In this document: piece by piece, positions 16,856-26,080 of the stretch
How positions within the stretch are numbered: position 1 is the stretch's first letter
How the letters are laid out: the number at the start of each line of letters is the position of its first letter
NCBI GenBank assembly: GCA_049472335.1
Contig: JBLIRO010000044.1
Location: 1-40,529 of the forward strand
DNA length: 40,529 nucleotides
Reading direction: 5' to 3'
DNA from: a bacterium
GTDB taxonomy: Bacteria > SZUA-182 > DTGQ01 > JAFGSM01
Translations under genes and position numbers: made by a program
The notes under the pieces: generated by a model
The model's input: the letters and a program-made list of their open reading frames with translations, nothing else
The model's database searches: none
What the model was told of the DNA's origin: nothing

Positions 16856-18840
16856 TCCCTTTTTTCCTTCTTCTCTTCCAGTTTTTCCTTTTCTTCAAAC
16901 TGTTCCTTCCAAACCTTGATAAAGGCGTCGACCACCTTCGGATCAAACTGTGTTCCGGCACATTTTTTTAGCTCTTCGATAGCCTTTTCAGAGTTTTGTG
17001 CCTTTCGATAAGGACGATCGGAAGTTATTGCATCAAACGAATCCGCAACCGATAATATCTTTGTTTCCAAAGATATGTGCGACGGCCCCAGACCGTCGGG
17101 ATAACCTTTGCCATCATGTCTTTCATGATGGTGAAGAATCCCATCCTTAACATCTTTTAAAAAGTCGATATGATCAATAATACGGCAGCCTATTTGAGAA
17201 TGCTCCCGGATGATCATTACTTCTTCTTCAGTGAGATCTATGGTTTTGTGAAGAATGTTTAAACTTACCCCTATCTTGCCTACATCATGCAGTATGCCTG
17301 CGTGACGAATTACCTCCAAACTCTTTTCGCTAAGATTTAAATACTCGCCAACAGCAAGAGCGAGTTTAGTAACACGTTCAGAATGTCCAAATGTATATGG
17401 ATCTTTAGCCTCTATGGCATTAACCAGAGCGGTAATCGCATCGAAGTAACTCTTTTTAAGTGCCTTATAAAGATTTGAATTTTCAAGGACAACAGAGGCC
17501 TCACAGGATATAGTCGTAAGAAGCTCCAGATCACTTACGGAAAAACTCCTTTCGTCCTGGTTGTCTATCATTCCGATAATGCCGATAACCTGTCCCTTTG
17601 CCTGCAGTGGTACATAAAGTAAAGTATTGGGTGTATATTTCCCGTGATTGTTATTAAACCGCCCGTCTGATTTGAGATCAGGAATAAGTAACGGTTTACC
17701 GCTTTCATCTACATATCTTGCAAGGTCCTTATGTATTGAATCCTCCCAGAATGCCTTATCGTAGCCCCCATTAGCCAGATATTTCAGTTGAAGCTTATCC
17801 GTATCTCTCTCTTTTATTGTCATTAGTCCGATCTTTGCATTAAGGATCTTGGATGACATCTGGAGAATAGATTCCAATAGTTTATCGATATCCAAGACAG
17901 AGTTTATCTCCTTCCCGATATTGTTAAGTGTGGTCAAAATATCGATTGTTCTTTGAAGCAAGCGATTTTTTTCCTCGATTTGATGTTTGTATTTTAACTC
18001 CTCTTCCGCTCTTACCAGTGCCTCCTGTTTTTGTAAAGAGTCCTCGTGAAGCAGATTTATTTCGTTAATCATAAAATTGAAGGTGTTTCCAAGCTGTCCT
18101 ATTTCATCATCGGAATCGACCTCTGCCCTGGCCTCCCAATCCCCTTTTCTAACGATGTCCATTGTCTTTTTCAGTCTTCTTATGGGATGATCTACTAAAC
18201 GCGTTAGTATGAAATAGATGGAGATAGAAATCAAAACAAGCGTGAAAATTGCAGACAATATCATAAATGCCCTTGTAGCTATTATCGGAACCTTCATCCA
18301 TGCTATAGACACATTCACATCAAGAACACCCATGATATTTACATCTTTCATATGGCATTCATAGCATGGCGGCTTACCAATAATGGACTTGACCATGGAC
18401 ATCTTCTTTTTCTCCAAATCGAACCTGACGAATTGGTGCTCTCCTTCTTGGATCCTCTCTAAATCAGGGATATCGACTATTTCACCTTCTTCACTCATCT
18501 TTGAAGAAACAAGAATAAGACCTTCTTCAGTCACAATACGAAGGTCCCTCATATCGCTTTCCGAGCCTATGGTGACCAAAAGATCTCTCACATCTTCATG
18601 TTTTCCTATGAGCATTGAATGAACGATGCTGTTTTCGATGGTCTGTGTCAGAAGGATTATCCTGCGGCGGGAATTTTCTAAAAATTGTTTTGATTGCATC
18701 CTTATTCCTACATATGTTGAAGCCCCGATCCAGATCATCAGGATAAATACCATAAAAAGGATAACCTTTATATACAGACGTTTTTTTATCGCCCTGAGCA
18801 AATTAAAGTTTGAAAGGCCTAACGACCTTTTGTTTTGCAT
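16831..18840 (-). CDS. membrane HD-GYP phosphodiesterase: TM, periplasmic c-heme sensor (CxxCH), TM, HAMP, GAF, HD-GYP
   Basis: Two TM helices flank CYECH (18352-18366); HAMP DEIGQLGNTFNFM; EAKDPYTFGHSERV, LHDVGKIG, HHERHDGKGYP, ADSFDAITSDRPYR. Confidence 0.92.
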   Translation of the reverse strand: MQNKRSLGLSNFNLLRAIKKRLYIKVILFMVFILMIWIGASTYVGIRMQSKQFLENSRRRIILLTQTIENSIVHSMLIGKHEDVRDLLVTIGSESDMRDLRIVTEEGLILVSSKMSEEGEIVDIPDLERIQEGEHQFVRFDLEKKKMSMVKSIIGKPPCYECHMKDVNIMGVLDVNVSIAWMKVPIIATRAFMILSAIFTLVLISISIYFILTRLVDHPIRRLKKTMDIVRKGDWEARAEVDSDDEIGQLGNTFNFMINEINLLHEDSLQKQEALVRAEEELKYKHQIEEKNRLLQRTIDILTTLNNIGKEINSVLDIDKLLESILQMSSKILNAKIGLMTIKERDTDKLQLKYLANGGYDKAFWEDSIHKDLARYVDESGKPLLIPDLKSDGRFNNNHGKYTPNTLLYVPLQAKGQVIGIIGMIDNQDERSFSVSDLELLTTISCEASVVLENSNLYKALKKSYFDAITALVNAIEAKDPYTFGHSERVTKLALAVGEYLNLSEKSLEVIRHAGILHDVGKIGVSLNILHKTIDLTEEEVMIIREHSQIGCRIIDHIDFLKDVKDGILHHHERHDGKGYPDGLGPSHISLETKILSVADSFDAITSDRPYRKAQNSEKAIEELKKCAGTQFDPKVVDAFIKVWKEQFEEKEKLEEKKEKREWYQWNKK

Positions 18841-18846
18841 ATTATT

Positions 18847-18874
18847 TACTCCTTATCATGTACTCCTTATCATG
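18847..18874. repeat. 14-bp perfect tandem duplication spanning the Shine-Dalgarno of the HD-GYP gene
   Basis: TACTCCTTATCATG x2 (minus strand CATGATAAGGAGTA x2). Confidence 0.9.
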
Positions 18875-18917
18875 TTACAAAAATAAGATTCCTTTATCTT
18901 TAATAAACTAGACAATT

Positions 18918-18946
18918 AGGGTATATGATCGTCTATTGAAAGTCAA
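18918..18946 (-). promoter_or_regulatory. candidate sigma-70 promoter for the HD-GYP/GGDEF operon
   Basis: Minus strand TTGACT, 17 nt, TACCCT. Confidence 0.4.
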
Positions 18947-19009
18947 TAAACCAAGTAACACGTAATTGAAACTTTAGGAACTTGAGACTTTGGGCACTAT
19001 TTTTTATGT

Positions 19010-19038
19010 TTGACAATCAAAACTTAGAAAATTATACT
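19010..19038 (+). promoter_or_regulatory. sigma-70 promoter for hit-lapA-lapB-mutS
   Basis: TTGACA, 17 nt, TATACT. Confidence 0.75.
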
Positions 19039-19077
19039 GTAGAGCAACAATTTTAAAATATCACTATTAATAAAAAT

Positions 19078-19572
19078 TTGGGAAATATGAACGTCAGTTG
19101 GGCGCCTTGGCGAATGGAATATATTCAGTCCGAACCATTATCCGGATGTTTGTTTTGTCAAAAACACTCAGAAAAAAAGGATGAAGAAAATTATATCCTT
19201 TTTCGCAGCAGCTTAAGTTTTTTGATGTTAAACCTTTATCCATATAATACAGGCCATTTAATGGCAGCACCTGTCAGACATGTGGGTGATATTACATTTT
19301 TATATAAAAAAGAGATCATCGACATTATGGATTTGGTACAAAAGGGAGTCAACGCTTTAACAAAGGTTTATAAGCCTGAAGGATTCAACATCGGATTAAA
19401 CCTGGGTGTTGTTGCGGGTGCAGGCATAACAGATCATTTACATATTCATATAGTTCCAAGATGGCAAGGAGATACAAACTTCATGCCTGTGCTGACCGAC
19501 ACAAAGGTTATACCTCAGCACCTCCATAAAACTTATAAAACCCTTTTGTCTCTGTTTGCCGAACCCGAATAA
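19078..19572 (+). CDS. HIT-family protein (Ap4A phosphorylase/hydrolase-like)
   Basis: WAPWRMEYI, CLFC, NLYPYNTGHLM, histidine triad HLHIHIVPRWQGDTNFMP; ATG at 19087 is a likely start. Confidence 0.9.
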   Translation: MGNMNVSWAPWRMEYIQSEPLSGCLFCQKHSEKKDEENYILFRSSLSFLMLNLYPYNTGHLMAAPVRHVGDITFLYKKEIIDIMDLVQKGVNALTKVYKPEGFNIGLNLGVVAGAGITDHLHIHIVPRWQGDTNFMPVLTDTKVIPQHLHKTYKTLLSLFAEPE

Positions 19573-19598
19573 AAAAATTGAGATAAGGAGATGGTCCT

Positions 19599-19934
19599 AT
19601 GCAGATACTAAAAATAATTTTATTCATCGTCCTGGTAATATTTGTTGTGATTTTCGTGTTTCAGAACCAATGGATCATCCAAGAAAAATTTTCCATCCAT
19701 TATTTTATTTATAACACACCCGAGATATATCTTTGGATTCTTCTCCTTATCGATTTTTTCATGGGCACCTTGTTATGCACTTGCTGTTATATTATTAAGC
19801 ATAGTAAACTTAAACGAACTCTTTATCAAAACAAAAAAAGAATCGCACAGATGGAAAAGGAATTAGTTTCTCTGCGCAATCTTCCAATTACTGATAACCA
19901 GGAGGAAAAGAACGCCTCCTTACAAGCCATTTAA
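19599..19934 (+). CDS. lapA: LPS assembly protein A (LapA)
   Basis: Two hydrophobic segments with FVFQN, C-terminal coiled coil ending LRNLP; directly upstream of lapB. Confidence 0.75.
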   Translation: MQILKIILFIVLVIFVVIFVFQNQWIIQEKFSIHYFIYNTPEIYLWILLLIDFFMGTLLCTCCYIIKHSKLKRTLYQNKKRIAQMEKELVSLRNLPITDNQEEKNASLQAI

Positions 19935-19935
19935 T

Positions 19936-21111
19936 ATGACTGCTTATCCTGTAATAATACTTTTAGCTTGTTTTGCATCTTTAATAATTGGTATCCTCCT
20001 GGGTCACTATTTCTTGCCTAAATTCTCACTTACAGAAACAAGTGAGAATCTGGAATCAGAAAAGGGAGCATATATAAAGGGTTTGAAATATATCATATCC
20101 AATGAGCCGGACAAAGCCATTGCTGAATTCACCAGGGCTGTTCAGATAAATTCCAATACTGTGGAAATATATATCAATCTAGGAAATTTATTTCGAGAGA
20201 AAGGTGAGATAGAAAGGGCCATCCGTATACATCAGAGTATTTTGTTGAGGCCAAATCTTAAGCCTGATGCAAAGGAATCTGCACTTATGTGTCTTGGGCT
20301 TGATTATTCGGCTGCAGGTTTTTTTGATCGTGCCATCTCAACCTTTCAGCAGCTTATCTCTCTTCATCCAAACAACATACAGGCCCATAGAGAGCTGGAA
20401 AAGCTCTATGAGGAGGAAAAGGATTGGGAAAATGCCTTTAATGAGGCCAAACTGTGCCAAAAATTGTCAAAAGAGGATAACTCACCTCTTCTTGCTCACA
20501 TAATAACCGAACTGGGAAAGGATTTTTACAGGAAAGGCGAAATTATTCAGGCAAAAAAAGAGCTAAAAAGGGCGATCGGTATTAATAAAGGATGTACGGA
20601 AGCTTATCTTGTCCTTGGTGATATCTATTTTGCCGAGGAAAAACTAGGTCAGGCCATATCAAAATGGGAAGAAATCGTTCATTTAGATCTTCCCCTCAGC
20701 CATCTGGTATATGAAAAACTGGAAAAAGCCTACCTCAAGCGGGGAGATTATGATCAAATAGAAGAAATTTATCGAGAGGTTTTGAATAAGAGGCCTGAAG
20801 ACTATACAACGAGGCTGATCCTTGCAGAATATTATCAAAAAAAAGGTGCAAGCAATAAGGCCATTCAAGAATTAAAAGACGCATTAAAGTTTAAACCCAC
20901 TCATCCGAGTATACGTCAAAAGCTGGGAGAAATACTTCTGAAAGAACAACTCGAAAAGGAAGCGCTAAAGGAATATAAAACGCTTATAGAAGAGATGAAG
21001 AACAAAAAATTTCTATCCTATTGCAGCAGATGCGGCTTCCAGACCTCTGAGATTATCTGGAAGTGTCCTCAATGCAAGGAGTGGGACACGTTTTTTAATG
21101 AAGATTCCTGA
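19936..21111 (+). CDS. lapB: LPS assembly protein B (TPR plus rubredoxin-like domain)
   Basis: N-terminal TM, LGNLFREKGEIERAIRIHQ, TPR repeats, CSRCG...WKCPQCKEW. Confidence 0.9.
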   Translation: MTAYPVIILLACFASLIIGILLGHYFLPKFSLTETSENLESEKGAYIKGLKYIISNEPDKAIAEFTRAVQINSNTVEIYINLGNLFREKGEIERAIRIHQSILLRPNLKPDAKESALMCLGLDYSAAGFFDRAISTFQQLISLHPNNIQAHRELEKLYEEEKDWENAFNEAKLCQKLSKEDNSPLLAHIITELGKDFYRKGEIIQAKKELKRAIGINKGCTEAYLVLGDIYFAEEKLGQAISKWEEIVHLDLPLSHLVYEKLEKAYLKRGDYDQIEEIYREVLNKRPEDYTTRLILAEYYQKKGASNKAIQELKDALKFKPTHPSIRQKLGEILLKEQLEKEALKEYKTLIEEMKNKKFLSYCSRCGFQTSEIIWKCPQCKEWDTFFNEDS

Positions 21112-23729
21112 TGAATTACAAAGAAACGCCTTTAATGAGGCAATATTTTTCAATCAAGGAAACCTATCCTGACCATATCCTCTTTTTTCGCTTGGGCGAT
21201 TTTTACGAGATGTTCGGCGAGGATGCCATAACCGCCTCCAAGATACTTAACATCGCATTAACAACAAGGGATAAAAAAAAGGAGGATGCTATCCCTCTTT
21301 GTGGCGTACCATATCATTCTGCCCGAATTTATATAAAACGCTTACTGGATAAAGGCTTGAAGGTGGCGATTTGTGAGCAGTTGGAGGATCCTAAAAAAGC
21401 CAAGGGAATTGTAAAACGGGATGTTGTCCGTTTAATCTCTTCCGGTACTGTTATGGAATCGGATCTGCTCAATGAAAAAGAGCACAATTTTCTTGCTTCT
21501 GTCTTCCCTGGAGAAAGGGGGCTGGGTTTAGCATTTCTTGACTTGACCACTGGGGAGTTTAGAACTACAGAACACCTGGAAGATGATCGCCTTATTAGAC
21601 TTCAGGGAGAAATTAGCCGTCTTGAGCCAAAAGAGATACTTTTTCCCTCAAAATTTAAGAATGATAAAGATTTAATGAGAATATTAAGCTCTTTTTCCAT
21701 TGAGCTCTCTCCTGTCGATATAGTGGATTTTGGCCTAAAAGAGGCATCGGATTTACTAAAAACATTTTACGACCTTAATCAGATTGATGTGCTGGGGCTT
21801 AATGATAAACCTCTTTCTTGTTTGGCATCTTCTTATATTATTCATTATCTGAAACAGACTCAAAAAAACCGCTTCTGTCATATTATGCCCCCCCAATTTT
21901 ATGGTCTGAGCGATCAAATGATTTTAGATCACACAACACTTACTAACCTTGAATTGGTCAGAAGCAGTGATACGGGAGCGCGGGAGGGAACTCTTCTGAA
22001 TGTCTTGGACCGTACATCCACACCTATGGGAGCAAGATGTATAAAGGACTGGATACTGCATCCATTACTAATGATTGAATCCATTCAAAACAGACTCGAT
22101 GCTGTCGAAGAATTAGTAAATAAACTGGATATAAGGGAAAGGATAAAAGGCTTTTTAAAAAATCTTTATGATCTCGAGAGAATTTGTGGACGTATTTCTC
22201 TGAGAATGGCTTCACCTCAGAATCTTCTTGCGTTAAAATCTTCGATCCCATTAATTCAAAAAATCAAAGGGGAAGGAGGCTGTTTTGAGACCCGGCTTCT
22301 GAAAATAAAAATTAATCAATGCCACTTATTACAGGATGTCTTCGATCTGATTGATAATACCCTTGAAGATGATCCTTCATCAAAAGCTCAAAAGACGGGA
22401 ATAATAAAAAGAAACGTTAGCGAGGAATTAGATAGACTATATGAGATAACTTACAATGGAAGAAAATGGATAGCCGATTTGGAATCCAAGGAACGGAAAA
22501 GGACAGGCATTTCTTCACTCAAGATAGGTTACAACAAGGTGTTTGGTTATTATATTGAGATAACCAAATCCAATCTGGCAAATGTCCCTGCGGAATATAT
22601 ACGAAAGCAGACCCTGGTTAATTGCGAGAGGTTTATTACGGAAGATTTAAAGCATTTCGAGAACGAGGTCTTAGGAGCCGAAGAAAGGATCTTGAAATTA
22701 GAGAGGGAGATCTTCGATAATCTTCTGGATTCTCTTGTTTCACATATTCCATCGATACAGGAGACCGCTAAGGCCATAGCGCAAATGGATTGCCTTATAT
22801 CATTCGCCGAGGTAGCTGCAAAGCAGGGTTATATAAAACCAAATATCAATCTTTCCTTATCACTAAAAATCAAGCAGGGAAGGCATCCTGTTCTGGAAAC
22901 AAGGGATAATGAACGGCCATTCGTGCCTAACGATACCTTTATTGACTGCTTAAAACAGCAGCTTATTATTCTCACGGGTCCAAATATGGCAGGCAAATCC
23001 ACATATATGCGCCAGGTTGCATTAATAGTCCTTATGGCCCAGATCGGTTCCTTTGTGCCTGCTAAAAGTGCCCAAATAGGATTGGTCGATAGGATCTTTA
23101 CACGTGTGGGTGCATCTGACAGGCTTTATAAAGGACAAAGCACATTTATGGTAGAAATGATTGAAACGGCCAACATTCTTCATCAAGCCAGTCGAAGAAG
23201 TCTGATCATTATGGACGAAATAGGAAGGGGAACAAGCACCTATGATGGAATAAGTATCGCCTGGGCTGTGGCTGAATATATTCATAGCAATAAAAATCTT
23301 GGAGCCAGGACGCTTTTTGCAACCCATTACCATGAATTGACAGAATTACCAAACTATCTTGAAAGAGCGAGAAATTATAATATCTCGGTCGACGAGGAGA
23401 AAGGAGAGGTGGTTTTTTTATATCATGTAGTTGAAGGCGGGAGTGACCGGAGCTATGGGGTACATGTTGCTAAGCTTGCCAGTTTGCCCAAAGAGGTAAT
23501 TGAACGGGCCTGTCAAATTATGGAAGATATGGAAGACAAAAAGGGTATTGATTTTTCTAAATCGAAGAAAATATCTAGCTACAAGGAGGTTTACCGGCCT
23601 ACACAACTCTCGCTTTTTTCTGATCCTGAAACAAATATCCTGATGGAGATCAAAGCCCTTGATCAAAGCAGGCTATCACCTTTAAAGGCATTGAAGAAAC
23701 TAAATGAGTGGAAACAAACTCTCTCCTAA
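21111..23729 (+). CDS. mutS: DNA mismatch repair protein MutS
   Basis: TPLMRQY, FRLGDFYEMF, TGPNMAGKST, STFMVEM, DEIGRGTST, clamp-binding QLSLF. Confidence 0.98.
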   Translation: MNYKETPLMRQYFSIKETYPDHILFFRLGDFYEMFGEDAITASKILNIALTTRDKKKEDAIPLCGVPYHSARIYIKRLLDKGLKVAICEQLEDPKKAKGIVKRDVVRLISSGTVMESDLLNEKEHNFLASVFPGERGLGLAFLDLTTGEFRTTEHLEDDRLIRLQGEISRLEPKEILFPSKFKNDKDLMRILSSFSIELSPVDIVDFGLKEASDLLKTFYDLNQIDVLGLNDKPLSCLASSYIIHYLKQTQKNRFCHIMPPQFYGLSDQMILDHTTLTNLELVRSSDTGAREGTLLNVLDRTSTPMGARCIKDWILHPLLMIESIQNRLDAVEELVNKLDIRERIKGFLKNLYDLERICGRISLRMASPQNLLALKSSIPLIQKIKGEGGCFETRLLKIKINQCHLLQDVFDLIDNTLEDDPSSKAQKTGIIKRNVSEELDRLYEITYNGRKWIADLESKERKRTGISSLKIGYNKVFGYYIEITKSNLANVPAEYIRKQTLVNCERFITEDLKHFENEVLGAEERILKLEREIFDNLLDSLVSHIPSIQETAKAIAQMDCLISFAEVAAKQGYIKPNINLSLSLKIKQGRHPVLETRDNERPFVPNDTFIDCLKQQLIILTGPNMAGKSTYMRQVALIVLMAQIGSFVPAKSAQIGLVDRIFTRVGASDRLYKGQSTFMVEMIETANILHQASRRSLIIMDEIGRGTSTYDGISIAWAVAEYIHSNKNLGARTLFATHYHELTELPNYLERARNYNISVDEEKGEVVFLYHVVEGGSDRSYGVHVAKLASLPKEVIERACQIMEDMEDKKGIDFSKSKKISSYKEVYRPTQLSLFSDPETNILMEIKALDQSRLSPLKALKKLNEWKQTLS

Positions 23730-24670
23730 CGAAAGACCTTTTTCCCCAGAATCGTCATCATAACCCAAAACATAAGATTGCCGACTAAAACCTCTGTGAT
23801 AACCAAACACATTCCAAATGAAGTCTGAGGGAGTATGTCTCCGAAACCAAGAGTAGTAAAGGTAACGACACTAAAATAAAATCTTTCTATGATACGGCTG
23901 AATCCAGTAAGTCCTCTATCTGTGTCCAGATATGTAAAATAATAAAAGCAGGTATAAAAGCTTATCACAAAAAGGCACCACACAATCCATCTGACAAAAC
24001 TCGTCCCATAATTGCTGGTGAGGCCCCAAAACCAGTACCAAAGCTTTTTAGGTGTGCTATTACTAATTTTGGCCTTCCACTTTGTATATTCTATGGTCAA
24101 ACGATCAAACTCTTTGGCAAAACCATATTCTTCCAGCATCCTAATGATTTTTTTATATTTGACATCAACAAGGTGATAGCTTAGTTTCTGTGCTTCTTCA
24201 ATACGATTGAATAAAAACTCCTGCTGACCCCTGGGAATAAGCTTAAACTGTTTGATTCCCCTGTTAAAGGCTTCAAGATGAAAATAGATATCCTCAGGAT
24301 TATTTAAATAGCACTCAACAGATCTGCAATACTCCAGACCCGCAAGTTCATGCCAGTTATGGCCTAAAATCTCGTTTTCAGCGCAGGCCACAAAGCACTC
24401 GGCAGACATAAAATGAAAATTCCCGGCTTTATCCCACTTATTTCTGAATATAGATTCGTTTTGGCCTTCATACCAGTTAGCCAGATTATGAAAAAGTTTG
24501 CCTGCCGTTTCAAAATGCCTTAACATCTTTTCTTTTCTGGCAAAATCCTCAAGCTCTTTCACCTGTTCAGGGACAATAGGGTCCAAATCAGCCGTGAGGT
24601 AATTTTCGAGTAGAATCTTACTATTTTGTGAACAAACCTGATCTGTCACATCCATAATAATTTTTTTCAA
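23726..24670 (-). CDS. helical-repeat protein with C-terminal 2-TM potassium-channel pore domain
   Basis: TM, then YFSVVTFTTLGFGDILP, then TM; N-terminal repeats AGKLF/AGNFH/AGLEY; start uncertain (TTG 24670 or ATG 24655). Confidence 0.75.
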   Translation of the reverse strand: MKKIIMDVTDQVCSQNSKILLENYLTADLDPIVPEQVKELEDFARKEKMLRHFETAGKLFHNLANWYEGQNESIFRNKWDKAGNFHFMSAECFVACAENEILGHNWHELAGLEYCRSVECYLNNPEDIYFHLEAFNRGIKQFKLIPRGQQEFLFNRIEEAQKLSYHLVDVKYKKIIRMLEEYGFAKEFDRLTIEYTKWKAKISNSTPKKLWYWFWGLTSNYGTSFVRWIVWCLFVISFYTCFYYFTYLDTDRGLTGFSRIIERFYFSVVTFTTLGFGDILPQTSFGMCLVITEVLVGNLMFWVMMTILGKKVFR

Positions 24671-24815
24671 TGAATTTTTTTGATTTTCTCAAACTACATT
24701 TTCGGCTATCTCCATATATTTATCGGTTTATTCCCAAGAAAATATTCAGATTTATTTATATATAAAGCAAAAAATTATATTGATGCAAAAATTTCTGTCC
24801 CCGGGCACTAAAACT

Positions 24816-25787
24816 TTATAACCAATAATCCAACCCTGCATTATTTCTTGCCTTAGAAAGATATTGAACGGCAATAGACCTGGCTTTAAGTGCCCCCCGT
24901 TTGAGTATTTCATAAACCATATCTTTATCCTTCACCAATTCATCCCTCCTTTTTCTGTATGGTGCGAAATACTCCCAAATAACATCTATCAATTCCTTTT
25001 TTATATCACTATATTTTAATCCGGGTGTAAGATAACGATCTCTGAGAAGTGCATTTTTTGCTTCATCAATAAAGAGAGAATAAATACTAAAAAGAATACA
25101 TTTATCAGGATCCTTGGGGGCCATAACAGGTGTTGAATCCGTCTTTATTGACATTACCCTGTCTTTCAATTCCTCTTTACTGCAAAAGATTCTTATGGTA
25201 TTGTTGTACGACTTGGACATCTTCTGTCCGTCTATTCCAGGAACAGTTGCTATGTGCTCCGGGATTTCAGGCTCCGGAATAATAAATGTCTCTCCATAAA
25301 TATTATTAAAGCTAATCGCAATATCTCTAGTCATTTCTACATGCTGTTTTTGATCTTTACCTACAGGAATCTTTTCTGCCCCATAGAGAAGAATATCTGC
25401 TGCCATGAGAACTGGATAAGAAAAAAGGCCGTGATTCGGTTTAATCCCTCGCGATAGCTTGTCTTTAAAAGAATGGGCCCTTTCAAGAAGGCCCAAGCCT
25501 GTCACATTAGAAAGCAGCCATGTCAGTTCCGTGACTTCCGGTACATCTGACTGAACCCAAAAAATTGCCTTCTCAGGATCAATGCCTAGACTAATGAAAT
25601 CACAGGCTGCCAGGAATGTATTTTTTCTGAGTAATTCAGCATCAAATACTGTAGTCAGGGCATGATAATTCACTATAAAACAAAAAAGTTCGTGATTTTT
25701 CTGATATTCTATCATCCTTTTCATCATAGCAAAATAATTTCCAAGATGAAGGGAGCCGGAAGGTTGAATGCCTGAAAGAATTCGCAT
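24816..25787 (-). CDS. trpS: tryptophan--tRNA ligase
   Basis: SGIQPSGSLHLGNY, YPVLMAADIL, VGKDQKQH, KMSKS. Confidence 0.98.
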   Translation of the reverse strand: MRILSGIQPSGSLHLGNYFAMMKRMIEYQKNHELFCFIVNYHALTTVFDAELLRKNTFLAACDFISLGIDPEKAIFWVQSDVPEVTELTWLLSNVTGLGLLERAHSFKDKLSRGIKPNHGLFSYPVLMAADILLYGAEKIPVGKDQKQHVEMTRDIAISFNNIYGETFIIPEPEIPEHIATVPGIDGQKMSKSYNNTIRIFCSKEELKDRVMSIKTDSTPVMAPKDPDKCILFSIYSLFIDEAKNALLRDRYLTPGLKYSDIKKELIDVIWEYFAPYRKRRDELVKDKDMVYEILKRGALKARSIAVQYLSKARNNAGLDYWL

Positions 25788-25960
25788 TTGAACTCCTTTC
25801 TATTTATTAATTGGGTATTCTAAAAACCTAATATAAACTTAATAATAAACGCTCAATCGGACTTTTTAATGAATTATACGAGAGCATGTTTCACGAATCA
25901 ACCCATTATTCCTCAAATCGGCAATTCTTGTATACCCAGATAATAGAAAATCATTTAATA

Positions 25961-25989
25961 TTGATGATAAAATGAGATTATGATATAAT
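25961..25989 (+). promoter_or_regulatory. sigma-70 promoter for ispH
   Basis: TTGATG, 17 nt, TATAAT, with an extended -10 TG. Confidence 0.6.
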
Positions 25990-26080
25990 TTTATGATTTA
26001 ATACTTTTAATGCTGTAAAAAATTTTTTTTAAAGCAAAAAGCAAATAGGCTTAATATATCTTAATGAACAAAGTGTCTTT

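Noticed and set aside
24671..24715. In-frame upstream ATG (24715) separated from the channel ORF by TGA: readthrough or pseudogene
   Set aside because: It adds only 15 codons with no motif; downstream starts (24670, 24655) explain the gene, and TGA serves as a stop in several other genes here.
25887..25902. Second parS candidate TGTTTCACGAATCAAC (weaker ones at ~11193 and ~26835)
   Set aside because: Only a half-site, with 6 mismatches to the 16-mer; the others have 4-5 mismatches inside CDSs.
25788..26080. T-box or attenuator upstream of trpS
   Set aside because: No T-box consensus, Trp-rich leader peptide or terminator hairpin recognised.
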